Shown here: positions 50,709 to 59,788 of the stretch, one piece after another | Position numbering within the stretch: the stretch's first letter is position 1 | How the letters are laid out: each line of letters opens with the position of its first letter | Assembly (NCBI GenBank): GCA_964015875.1 | Contig: CAXHEV010000002.1 | Location: forward strand, 11,310-75,309 | Direction: 5' to 3' | Length of the DNA: 64,000 nt | Source of the DNA: an uncultured Candidatus Poseidoniales archaeon | Lineage (GTDB): Archaea; Thermoplasmatota; Poseidoniia; Poseidoniales; Poseidoniaceae | Made by a program: the position numbers and the translations under genes | Notes under the pieces: model-generated | What the model was told of the DNA's origin: nothing | Database searches by the model: none | Seen by the model: only the letters and a program-made list of their open reading frames with translations

Positions 50709-52079
50709 ATGGCACTCGAAGGCCTTTCTAGGGGTATTTTCCGCTCCATAGGTTTGCTCAAGAGCAAGCGAAAGTTGGATGATGAAGAACTTCGAGAGAT
50801 GACTCGTAGCCTTCGTCGTGCCCTTCAGGAAGCGGATTTCAACGTCCGTCAAACCAAAGAAATCGTTGAACGTATGGAATCAAGGTTGCGCGAAGAGCAG
50901 CCCAGACCGGGGATTACGCTCCAAACCCATGCCATGAATATTCTCTACACTGAGTTGGTCAGGCTTCTGGGTCCAGCTCATCAATTCCAGCCTCACGGCG
51001 CTACGCTATTGCTTGTGGGGTTGTACGGACAAGGTAAGACCACAACCACTGCAAAATTGGCAGAATGGTACCGTCGCAAGCATGGCCTACGCGTCGCAGT
51101 GATCGAGGCTGACGTCCATCGTCCTGGCGCCTTTGCCCAACTCTCGCAATTGCTTGAAGACTCTTCAGTTCAGGTGTATGGTGAACCAGATACAAAGGAT
51201 GCGCCAACCATCGTTCGTAATGGCCTGAAAGCATGTGCAGCAGCAGATCTTGTCATTGTCGACACAGCAGGTCGTCATCAATTAGACCAAGAGCTCGTCG
51301 ATGAATTGGAACAAATTTCTGGATTAACTCGTGCCAATGAGCGATGGCTTGTCATCGATGCACAAGTCGGTCAAGCAGCAGGACCTGTAGCAGCCTCGTT
51401 CCATACGCTCGCAGGCGTGACAGGGATTGTCATTACCAAACTCGACGGTACCGCCCGTGGTGGCGGAGCACTGTCTGCTGTTGCCGCAACTGGTGCCCCC
51501 ATTGTTCACATAGGTGTAGGAGAGAATATTGGAGATTTGGAGAAGTTCGAATCCGACCGATTCATTTCTCGCTTGCTTGGAATGGGTGATATTCAGGGCC
51601 TGATCGACTTGGCACCTGAAGACATGGATGAAGAAGAGGCCATGCGACTCACGCAACGTTTGATGAGTGGTCGTTTCACACTCAATGACATGTACAAGCA
51701 AATGGAAATGATGTCAAAAGTTGGAACAATTGACAAACTTATGTCGTTTTTACCGGGTAATATGCTTGGTGGCATGGGCGCTATGTCGAAGGGGCAAAAA
51801 GAAGCCATGCAGGGCAATCTTGATCGCTATCGTACCATCATGGACAGCATGACTGCATGGGAGAAAAACGAACCAGCTAAAATCAAAGCCGATCGCATCC
51901 GTCGTGTCGCACGTGGTGCAGGTGTTCGCGAAAAAGACGTTCGCGAACTTATCGCACAGTGGAACCGTTCACGCAAGATGATGAAGGGCATGGGTGGCAA
52001 TCGCAAACTCAACAAACAAATGCGGAAGATGATGAAGGATGGAGATATGGATATGGATCCTTCCTCTTTCGGCATGTGA
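50709..52079 (+). CDS. srp54: Signal recognition particle protein SRP54
   Basis: GQGKTTT, DVHRPGA, DTAGRH, TKLDGTARGGGALS, LLGMGD and a Met-rich M domain. Confidence 0.94.
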   Translation: MALEGLSRGIFRSIGLLKSKRKLDDEELREMTRSLRRALQEADFNVRQTKEIVERMESRLREEQPRPGITLQTHAMNILYTELVRLLGPAHQFQPHGATLLLVGLYGQGKTTTTAKLAEWYRRKHGLRVAVIEADVHRPGAFAQLSQLLEDSSVQVYGEPDTKDAPTIVRNGLKACAAADLVIVDTAGRHQLDQELVDELEQISGLTRANERWLVIDAQVGQAAGPVAASFHTLAGVTGIVITKLDGTARGGGALSAVAATGAPIVHIGVGENIGDLEKFESDRFISRLLGMGDIQGLIDLAPEDMDEEEAMRLTQRLMSGRFTLNDMYKQMEMMSKVGTIDKLMSFLPGNMLGGMGAMSKGQKEAMQGNLDRYRTIMDSMTAWEKNEPAKIKADRIRRVARGAGVREKDVRELIAQWNRSRKMMKGMGGNRKLNKQMRKMMKDGDMDMDPSSFGM

Positions 52080-52109
52080 TTGGCTTCTATACAAGCTTCA
52101 ATGGAGAGG

Positions 52110-52116
52110 TTTTTTT
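52110..52116 (+). terminator. Oligo-T tract, putative archaeal terminator after srp54
   Basis: T7 run about 30 nt after the srp54 stop, between convergent genes. Confidence 0.4.
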
Positions 52117-52135
52117 CAAATCTCTGAGTTCAACT

Positions 52136-53665
52136 TCAGTAGGTCTTCGCCAAGAGAACTCGACGTATGGTTGGAGTTCCACTCATGTGGCACGGACGAG
52201 CCTCGTCGTAATCGTCTGTTGAATCACCAAGGAAAGCAAATCCAGTCAATCGTTCGATGGCTTCAGCATGTGCATCAGTTCCATCGAAAGGTAATTCGTA
52301 GATGTGGCCATCCTTGACTTCACCTTCGAGAACATAGGTATCATCTACGAGGTTAATCGGTGGCAGAGGTTGAATGACATCAGACATGTGAGCTTGTGAT
52401 CGCTTCCGCAGTTCATCAGAAATCTCATCTAACACATGAAGGCAAGCCTCGGCAATATTGTCCATTGGAAGCGGTTCCTTTCCACCTGTTCGGCGGGCTG
52501 CAAAAGCCGTACCTTGAGCAATGTCTCTAGGACCAATATCCAGACGCAATGGGACACCTTTGATTTCCCAATCATAGTATTTCTGTCCAGAACGAATATC
52601 ACGTGCATCGACCTTGACTCGCAGTCCGTGCTTGCGTAATGTTTTGGCAACGTCTTCAGCAACTGCGACCGTATCGACATCAGAATTTTTCTTGATCATC
52701 GGGCATATGACAATCTGGTAAGGTGCAACGGCTGGCGGCATGATGAGGCCATTTTCATCTCCATGCATTCCGACAACTGCACCTAAAAGGCGCTCGGACA
52801 TTCCGTAGGTTGTTTGATGGCAGTGTTGTTGCTCCGCTTCGAGGTTCTCATAAGTGATATCGAAAGCCTTGGCCCACTGGTCTCGGTAGTGGTGGCATGA
52901 TGCTACTTGTAGGGTTCGACCATTCGGCATTACAGCATCGATTCCAATGGTGTACCACGCTCCGGGGAAGGTGTCCCATAGTGGGCGTTTAGCTTTGATA
53001 ACAGGCAAGCATAGATCTTGCATGAGGTTGTCAACAATTTGCAAATCCTGTTCGATTTGACGAGTAGCGTCTTCTTCATCTGCGTGTGCCGTATGTGCTT
53101 CAAAGAAATGAATTTCCCGTACACGGATGAATGAGCGGGTTTGTTTTGTTTCATAGCGGAACGTATTGACCATTTGATAGACCTTCAATGGTAGGTCTTT
53201 GTGGGAACGAATCCATAGTGGGAACATCGTGTACATTGCTGTCTCGGACGTTGGTCGCAAAAACATGGGGATGTCGAGTTCATTCTCACCAGCATGCTTG
53301 ACCCAATAGACCTCTTTCTTGAAGCCACCTTCTTCGTCTTCATCGCGCAAATCATCAGGGTCTACCCCCTCTTCTCTGGCTCGCTTGAGCCGTGCTACCA
53401 ATGCATTTTCGCGCTCCAAGAGATGCTCAGGAATCAAAAGTGGAAAATTAACTTCTTCATGGTCGGTTCGTTCCATTTCATTGTGCGTGAGCGCATCAAT
53501 GAGTTTCATTGTCTTCCATCCGTATGGACGCCAAACATCCATGCCCTTGATTGGATATCGTTTGTCGACAAGTTCAGCGGCCTCGACAATGAATGGATAC
53601 CATTCGTTGAAGTTCTCTTCTTTCGAAGGAATACCGCGCTTGGCCTTGCCGGGTCCTTGGCTCAT
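52136..53665 (-). CDS. proS: Proline-tRNA ligase (archaeal/eukaryotic type)
   Basis: LRPTSET, FRYETK, FIRVRE, QTTYGMSER, GVPLR and a C-terminal KTY. Start at ATG 53665. Confidence 0.96.
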   Translation of the reverse strand: MSQGPGKAKRGIPSKEENFNEWYPFIVEAAELVDKRYPIKGMDVWRPYGWKTMKLIDALTHNEMERTDHEEVNFPLLIPEHLLERENALVARLKRAREEGVDPDDLRDEDEEGGFKKEVYWVKHAGENELDIPMFLRPTSETAMYTMFPLWIRSHKDLPLKVYQMVNTFRYETKQTRSFIRVREIHFFEAHTAHADEEDATRQIEQDLQIVDNLMQDLCLPVIKAKRPLWDTFPGAWYTIGIDAVMPNGRTLQVASCHHYRDQWAKAFDITYENLEAEQQHCHQTTYGMSERLLGAVVGMHGDENGLIMPPAVAPYQIVICPMIKKNSDVDTVAVAEDVAKTLRKHGLRVKVDARDIRSGQKYYDWEIKGVPLRLDIGPRDIAQGTAFAARRTGGKEPLPMDNIAEACLHVLDEISDELRKRSQAHMSDVIQPLPPINLVDDTYVLEGEVKDGHIYELPFDGTDAHAEAIERLTGFAFLGDSTDDYDEARPCHMSGTPTIRRVLLAKTY

Positions 53666-53691
53666 GGATGCTATCCGCCGCCACCTGCTCA

Positions 53692-53967
53692 TCAAGATGA
53701 CGCATCATTCACTGCAGGAACCTGCACTTGATTCACTTTGACAAAAGCCACCAAAGCAGCACCACACCACACGGCCTCAAGGATTAGAAATGCCCACTCA
53801 TCAATCAAATAAGCACGGATTCCTAACAAACCGGAACCAACAGCCATGAGCAACAAATAGGTCGTTTGCTTGCTGTGGAGGACATTGCGTGTTTCCAAAA
53901 CAAAAGCAAGTAAAATCAAAATCATCCCCAGATAGGAGAGAAAAAGGGAGGCAGCATCCACATCCAT
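53692..53967 (-). CDS. Small 3-TM membrane protein
   Basis: GMILILLAF...YLLLMAVGSGLL...WAFLILEAVW. Confidence 0.65.
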   Translation of the reverse strand: MDVDAASLFLSYLGMILILLAFVLETRNVLHSKQTTYLLLMAVGSGLLGIRAYLIDEWAFLILEAVWCGAALVAFVKVNQVQVPAVNDASS

Positions 53968-53971
53968 GTGA

Positions 53972-54559
53972 TCACGAACGTCGCCAGGCGATGATCATTG
54001 CGGCAAGGAGGGCGACAATGGCAACGATATCAGGAATGCCAAATGGTCCATCCGGGTATGGAAGAGACCAACCCATACCGGTGCCGAGTTCGTGGAGACT
54101 TGCAAGATTCATTTTTGTGTAGCCATCAGAAGGGCACAGATCGCTTTCTAAGCACCCACTACCAAACACCGAGTGGAGCAAACCAAACAGATTTGCGACA
54201 ACCAAAATCAAGAGGGTACCCAGAGCGAAAAATGGCATCTTCGATCCGTTAGCGGTAGCCGGGAGAGGTGCAATTGGCGGCAAATCGCCACCGAGTGTTG
54301 GCAATTCTGCAGGCGAGGCAGGTGCAATGTCACCAATGACTTCAATCAGCATGTCAGTCGGTGGAGCAACTTCGGTGACACCTGCATCCGACAGGGATGG
54401 AGCATCGACCATGTCTCGAGCTTTTTTGGGGCGAGCCGGAGTAATCTTGATTCCGTATAATCGGTCAGCAAGTGATACCAATGCGGGGTCATCAGCAATA
54501 TCTTCAGGGGACAAATCACCATCCAACAATTGTTGTAACTTATCACGAGATGAGTTCAT
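53972..54559 (-). CDS. Hypothetical membrane protein (acidic/Pro-rich N-terminus, 2 TM with a Cys-pair loop)
   Basis: ORF composition and hydrophobic segments. Start at ATG 54559. Confidence 0.65.
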   Translation of the reverse strand: MNSSRDKLQQLLDGDLSPEDIADDPALVSLADRLYGIKITPARPKKARDMVDAPSLSDAGVTEVAPPTDMLIEVIGDIAPASPAELPTLGGDLPPIAPLPATANGSKMPFFALGTLLILVVANLFGLLHSVFGSGCLESDLCPSDGYTKMNLASLHELGTGMGWSLPYPDGPFGIPDIVAIVALLAAMIIAWRRS

Positions 54560-54633
54560 TCGATACCCCCTGCGTACCAAGCGTAGAGGACTTCATTGAA
54601 GAATCCTCCTTCTCAAGGAAATTATGTCAATCC

Positions 54634-55296
54634 TCAAGCATGACCGGCCTTTTCGACTTCAGCCCAGTCCTTCATGAAGCCTGCAAGTCCTTTGTCTGTG
54701 AGTGGATGGGTCATTAATTGCCTGAATGTTTTGGCAGGCATTGTTGCCGTGTGTGCACCCAGTTGAATACACTGTAGGACATGTGTTGGATGGCGAATTG
54801 ATGCAGCAAGTACTTTTGTCGTGATCGATGGGTAATTGTTCCAGGTTTCCATGATTTCTGCAATCAAGTTCATTCCATCGTGCCCAGTGTCATCGATTCG
54901 TCCAATAAATGGCGAAACGTAGGTGGCACCTGCTTTGGCTGCCATCAGGGCTTGTGAAGCGGAGAAAATCAATGTCACATTGGTCTTAATTCCTTCTTCG
55001 GTTAGTATTTTTGTCGCAGCTAAGCCTTCGGGAGTGCATGGGATTTTGATGATGACATTTTCTGGAAGTTCTTGCTTGAGGGCTCGACCCTGTGCGACCA
55101 TTCCCTCTGTATCCATTGCAGTGACTTCAGCAGAAATAGGTCCGGAACAAATCGATGCAATTTCTGCTACCACCTGTTTGAAATCACGTCCACTTTTCTT
55201 AATCAATGAAGGATTTGTCGTCACGCCATCAAGGATGCCCCAAGCAGCAATTTCTCTAATTTCGTCTACATCAGCGGTATCTAGGAAGAACTCCAT
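54634..55296 (-). CDS. tal: Transaldolase (short, FSA-like family)
   Basis: LDTA, GVTTNPS, SAEV, IKIP, NVTLIFS and SPFIGR. The Glu/Phe pair is typical of transaldolase rather than FSA. Confidence 0.92.
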   Translation of the reverse strand: MEFFLDTADVDEIREIAAWGILDGVTTNPSLIKKSGRDFKQVVAEIASICSGPISAEVTAMDTEGMVAQGRALKQELPENVIIKIPCTPEGLAATKILTEEGIKTNVTLIFSASQALMAAKAGATYVSPFIGRIDDTGHDGMNLIAEIMETWNNYPSITTKVLAASIRHPTHVLQCIQLGAHTATMPAKTFRQLMTHPLTDKGLAGFMKDWAEVEKAGHA

Positions 55297-55352
55297 GATT
55301 GCCTACTCGCCGATGCGCTCCTTCAACTATCCGCTTGTCATGGATCGAGGAT

Positions 55353-55715
55353 TTATTGGTATTCAGTGTATTTTGCAGAGGAACCCCTGACTTGATCTGC
55401 GGGGTATTTTTCTGCATTAATCGCGAATTTTTCATTCATAATGGTCACGGGGTTCAAACCCAAGACACTACATAATCGCAGGCAATACATCATGACGTCG
55501 GCAGTTTCATTCGCCAGGTCATTCATCAGCCCTTCGTCACTTTGGACCTCTGCAATACTAGGATTGGACCATTGTATGGTCTCCGAAAGTTCAGCAGCTT
55601 CTACGCACACCGATGCAACCAAATTCTTGATGCTATGGAATTGATTCCAATCTCGCTCTGCTACAAACTCATCAAGACGTTGCATGATGTGTGACAAACT
55701 ATCAGTATCGCTCAT
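55353..55715 (-). CDS. MazG-like nucleotide pyrophosphohydrolase (dCTPase type)
   Basis: FVAERDWNQFHS.KNL..S..VEAAEL, ETADV and KF..N..KYP. Confidence 0.88.
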   Translation of the reverse strand: MSDTDSLSHIMQRLDEFVAERDWNQFHSIKNLVASVCVEAAELSETIQWSNPSIAEVQSDEGLMNDLANETADVMMYCLRLCSVLGLNPVTIMNEKFAINAEKYPADQVRGSSAKYTEYQ

Positions 55716-55754
55716 GAACAGCGTTCATGGCCATCGCTAATGGTTGTTGCCGTA

Positions 55755-56693
55755 TCACTTACGACTGATGGCCTTTCGTGCTGCTTTGGCGATATAAGGT
55801 GCGGAGATGTTCATCAAATCCAGCATCTCATCAGCCTGACCAGATTCTCCGAACCGATCTGGCACACCAACCATTTCCAAAGGAGCAAACGTGTTCGCCA
55901 CGAGGTGTTCGGCTACTGCGCTACCAAGACCACCAATGATGTTGTGATCTTCTGCAGTTACAAGTGCTCCACATCGCTCGACAAGCGAATCAATCAGAGC
56001 CCCGTCAAGTGGTTTTAGTGTGTGCATATCAATAACCGAAGCACTGATTCCATCTGCCTCCAATGCTTTGGCGGCTTTGATTGATTCTGAAACCATGACG
56101 CCACATGCAATAATTGCAACGTCAGTTCCATTTTTCAGTTCAATACCTTTACCGATAACAATAGTGCCATCCTCGGCATCATCATACATCACTGGTGTCT
56201 TGTTTCGGGCTGTGCGCGTGTAAGAGGGCGAGGAGGTTGAAGCAAGTTGTTTGGTAAGTTCTCGTGTGCTCACATCGTCACAGGGGTGGAGCACAACAAC
56301 GTTAGGCAACGTTCGGAACACTGCAAGATCTTCAATAGATTGAGCGGATGAACCATCAGTGCCTGTGTGCGTCCCGCCGTGACTGCCACAAAGATGGACA
56401 GCAAGATTCGGCCGCGCCACACCGTTTCTCATTTGTTCGAAAGCACGTTCAGTAAAGATTGCGAACGTGCTGGCGAATGGAATGTATCCTGATGCGGCCA
56501 TACCGGCACCAACGAGAAGCATGTTTTGTTCCCCGATGCCACATGAAACTGTGCGTTCTGGATGTGCTTTCCTAAAGTGAAGGGATTTGGTAGATTTTCC
56601 TAAATCTGCTTCAAGAACGACGACTTTTGGGTTGCCAGCCAAATCGAGTAAAGCTTGGCCATAGCCATCTCTTGTGGCTGCCATTCTGGTCAT
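55755..56693 (-). CDS. Transketolase C-terminal subunit
   Basis: ATRDGYG, ADL..ST, GIGEQNM, RAFEQ, TLKPLD and EDHNIIGGLG. Confidence 0.93.
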   Translation of the reverse strand: MTRMAATRDGYGQALLDLAGNPKVVVLEADLGKSTKSLHFRKAHPERTVSCGIGEQNMLLVGAGMAASGYIPFASTFAIFTERAFEQMRNGVARPNLAVHLCGSHGGTHTGTDGSSAQSIEDLAVFRTLPNVVVLHPCDDVSTRELTKQLASTSSPSYTRTARNKTPVMYDDAEDGTIVIGKGIELKNGTDVAIIACGVMVSESIKAAKALEADGISASVIDMHTLKPLDGALIDSLVERCGALVTAEDHNIIGGLGSAVAEHLVANTFAPLEMVGVPDRFGESGQADEMLDLMNISAPYIAKAARKAISRK

Positions 56694-57523
56694 GCTTCCA
56701 CCTCCCCAAGTTCGAGCATGGCCTGCTGGAATTGCTCCTCATTTGGAGCAGCACCGTGGAAGGCGGGATTGTTCTCCATGTAGGATATCCCGCCACCCTT
56801 GATGGTGTGGGCGATTAAAATCGAGGGTCGATTGGAGTTATCCTCTGATTCAAGGAAATCTAACCCTTCCATGATTTCAGTCATGTTGTGTCCATCAATT
56901 TCTTTGACGTTCCATCCAAATGAGCGCCATTTCGCAGGGATGTCGAACATTCGCATCTGCTCTTCACAGAAGTCGTCATTCTGAATGCGGTTCCGGTCAA
57001 GAATAACCTTGAGGTTGCCCAATTCATGGTGGGCGGCAGCCATTGCAGCCTCCCAAACACTTCCTTCTTGCATTTCTCCATCACCGATCATCACAAAAGC
57101 ACGTCGAGAACTTTGGTCAAGCCGTGCTGCCATTGCACATCCCATACCGAATGAGAGCCCCATGCCGAGCGAGCCCGCAGAAAAGTCTACGCCAGGGCAC
57201 CACTTCATGTCGACGTGGCCTTGACAAACTCCGCCCAAGACACGATATGATTTGAGATCATCATGACTGATGAAACCCATTTCGGCAAGCACGGCATACA
57301 TGCCTGGTGAGGCGTGTCCTTTCGATAGAATAAATCGGTCACGGTCTGACCATTCAGGATCATCAGGGCGTACACGCATCCGTGTTGAGTACAATGCGGC
57401 GAGGAGGTCAATTTCTGACAGTGAACCACCAGGATGCCCAGCTTGTGCACGATAGACCATCTTTACAATCTCGACCCTGCACTTTCGTGCCATTTCTTCA
57501 ACTTCGGCGATGCTTGTGGACAT
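56690..57523 (-). CDS. Transketolase N-terminal (TPP-binding) subunit
   Basis: GHPGGSLS, DRFILSKGH, GSLGMG, GDGEMQEG, DRN and TIKG. Confidence 0.94.
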   Translation of the reverse strand: MSTSIAEVEEMARKCRVEIVKMVYRAQAGHPGGSLSEIDLLAALYSTRMRVRPDDPEWSDRDRFILSKGHASPGMYAVLAEMGFISHDDLKSYRVLGGVCQGHVDMKWCPGVDFSAGSLGMGLSFGMGCAMAARLDQSSRRAFVMIGDGEMQEGSVWEAAMAAAHHELGNLKVILDRNRIQNDDFCEEQMRMFDIPAKWRSFGWNVKEIDGHNMTEIMEGLDFLESEDNSNRPSILIAHTIKGGGISYMENNPAFHGAAPNEEQFQQAMLELGEVEA

Positions 57524-57597
57524 ATTCTCCCCTGTTATCCGGTTGCCTTCACGGACGACCTTTGATGCTTGTGCATCGTACAGTTGAGGAAAAATTC

Positions 57598-59658
57598 TCA
57601 GTTTTTGCTCGGTGGAATGAACGCATTCTTGAATTTCTTCAGCACATCCATAGCCACAACCACTGCATCAGTAAGTAGATTGTTGCCCTTTGGCAAGGCT
57701 CGTGTAGCGAGCCAAACAAATACGGCCACAAACCATCCAAAGAACACAAGGGAAAGGATATTGTTCAGCGTGACGACACCGAATATTTCTGGCAGATTGA
57801 TATCTAATACGATCAAAACGGCAATGAGAACGCCAAGAATAGACTCACCAGCAATGAATCCAGCACCGATCAGGACACCTCTGTTTTCGACTTCTTTCGC
57901 AGCGCTCATAGCTTCCTTGGATGGGAGGACATCCAAACGACCATCGACACGATAGTGTGCTGTTCGTAGTGCAAAGTAGGAGATGATTCCACCGAGCATA
58001 ATAGGCACAGAAAGGCCGAGAGGAAGGTAGATGCCAATGGCCACAGACATAACTGGCATTTTTAGATAAATTAAAACAATGGCAATCATTGCTCCAAGAG
58101 TCACCATTGGGAGGTTTAGATTCCCAACAAACGCACCTTGAATTATTGCCCCAATCAATTCTGCTTGCGGTGCAAACAGAGCGTTGGAACAGTCGTACTG
58201 ATCAGCAACTGGTAAGTTGAGATTCGTGTTGGCACATGCAGTTTTTGAAATTTGAAATGCATTGTGCAGGAGGGCTAATGTCGGTCCAATGACAATTGCA
58301 CCTGTAATCACACCAATGATCTCTGCAATTTGTTGCCGCCAAGGTGTGGCACCAACCATATGTCCGGTTTTCAGATCTTGCATAACGTCCCCGGCAATCG
58401 CAGCAGACGACGCTACAACAGCAGCAATGAGCAGTGTGGCGAGCATTAATTCTTCTCGGCCTAGGCCAAGAAGTAAGTCACCAACAACCCAAACGAGTGC
58501 TACAGTGAACAATAATGTTGCAATGGTCATGCCCGATACCGGTGAGTTCGATGAGCCAACCACACCGGCAATGTAGCCTGCCACCGCTGCGAAAAAGAAG
58601 GCGACGACAGCCAAGAACACTGCACCAGCGAGTGCCAACCCCAGAGAACCTGTTGACCACCAGTAGAATAGGAAAGTGAAGATAACGAGGACGCCGCAAA
58701 ACATGATGACCTTATCGAGCGGCAAATCAATCTCAGTTCGTAATTGTTCAGCGTCCCCATCTTCAGTCTTAATCAAGGCCTTCGAAAGTCCTGTAATGAT
58801 GGTTTTCCGCATTGACCACAGGGTGTAGACGCCACCAACCACCATCGCACCAACACCGACATAACGTATCTGGGATGCCCAGATGTCATAGAAACCATCA
58901 ACCAATGTGTCCGAGTTTGGCCAACCATGGATCAACCCATACATTGGAACGAGCAAACCAAATCCAATAACGCCTCCAAGGAAAATGTAGGAGGCGATTC
59001 GAATACCAACAATGTAGCCAACGGATAGTAAGGCAATCGAGAGATCCATGCCAGCATAGAGCCGAGTGCCAAGGAAGCCTACCGCCGCCTCCACTGTGTG
59101 GTGAGTCACGTGGAATCCTTTGACCATGAGTCCGTAAATAGCACCAATACCTAGAGCGTAGACAATCGCAAGCGCACCCTCGCCACCTTCCTCTCCAGCC
59201 ACAAGGACTTCCCTGCAAGCAACACCTTCGGGATATGGTAGCGCTTCTTCCACAATGAATAGTCTTCGAAGTGCAATTGTGAACATGGTCCCTAACAATC
59301 CACCCAGGGTGGCAATAGCGAGGGTGTCAAACCACTGTATGTCGTCCCACAATCCGATTACAAGCATTGCAGGAACTGTAAAAATAACGCCAGCAGCAAG
59401 TGATTCACCTGCGCTCGCCATTGTTTGCACAGCGTTGTTTTCAAGGATGCTCACGTCTTTGAAAAGGGAACGAAGTATGATCATTGACATGACAGCAGCA
59501 GGAATACTTGCAGAAACTGTCATACCGGCGTAGAGACCCAAATAGGCATTCGCTGCAGTCATCAATATCCCGAGTAAAATACCCACTATGATTACGCGGA
59601 GCGTGAGTTCATGTGGCGATTCTGATGCCGGAATATACGGCTGATGTTCCCCGCTCAT
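57598..59658 (-). CDS. OPT-family oligopeptide transporter
   Basis: ELTLR, NAYLGL..G.TVSASIPAAV, ENN.VQT, LPYPEG, GSSNSPVSG and QDLKTG..VGATPWRQQ. Start at ATG 59658. Confidence 0.93.
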   Translation of the reverse strand: MSGEHQPYIPASESPHELTLRVIIVGILLGILMTAANAYLGLYAGMTVSASIPAAVMSMIILRSLFKDVSILENNAVQTMASAGESLAAGVIFTVPAMLVIGLWDDIQWFDTLAIATLGGLLGTMFTIALRRLFIVEEALPYPEGVACREVLVAGEEGGEGALAIVYALGIGAIYGLMVKGFHVTHHTVEAAVGFLGTRLYAGMDLSIALLSVGYIVGIRIASYIFLGGVIGFGLLVPMYGLIHGWPNSDTLVDGFYDIWASQIRYVGVGAMVVGGVYTLWSMRKTIITGLSKALIKTEDGDAEQLRTEIDLPLDKVIMFCGVLVIFTFLFYWWSTGSLGLALAGAVFLAVVAFFFAAVAGYIAGVVGSSNSPVSGMTIATLLFTVALVWVVGDLLLGLGREELMLATLLIAAVVASSAAIAGDVMQDLKTGHMVGATPWRQQIAEIIGVITGAIVIGPTLALLHNAFQISKTACANTNLNLPVADQYDCSNALFAPQAELIGAIIQGAFVGNLNLPMVTLGAMIAIVLIYLKMPVMSVAIGIYLPLGLSVPIMLGGIISYFALRTAHYRVDGRLDVLPSKEAMSAAKEVENRGVLIGAGFIAGESILGVLIAVLIVLDINLPEIFGVVTLNNILSLVFFGWFVAVFVWLATRALPKGNNLLTDAVVVAMDVLKKFKNAFIPPSKN

Positions 59659-59744
59659 CGCCCTAGCCACAGAGAACAGGTTGTTCAACACATCGCCCTA
59701 GAATCAAGGGCATTCCACCATTATTATCATAAGGCCTCCATAGA

Positions 59745-59788
59745 ACCCATAGGCGAGAGTACCAACTCTCATGGGTGGTTTTTTTTGA
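59745..59788 (+). promoter_or_regulatory. Putative structured 5' leader (hairpin, U8 tract, MGGFF uORF) of the P-type ATPase
   Basis: ACCCAT/ATGGGT and GAGAGT/ACTCTC stems, T8 at 59779-59786, and ATG GGT GGT TTT TTT TGA overlapping the ATPase ATG. Confidence 0.4.

Noticed and set aside
51840..51925. SRP54 RNA-binding motif variant (DRIRRVARGAG)
   Set aside because: The SM and GxG residues are retained, so there is no evidence for RNA-independent SRP.
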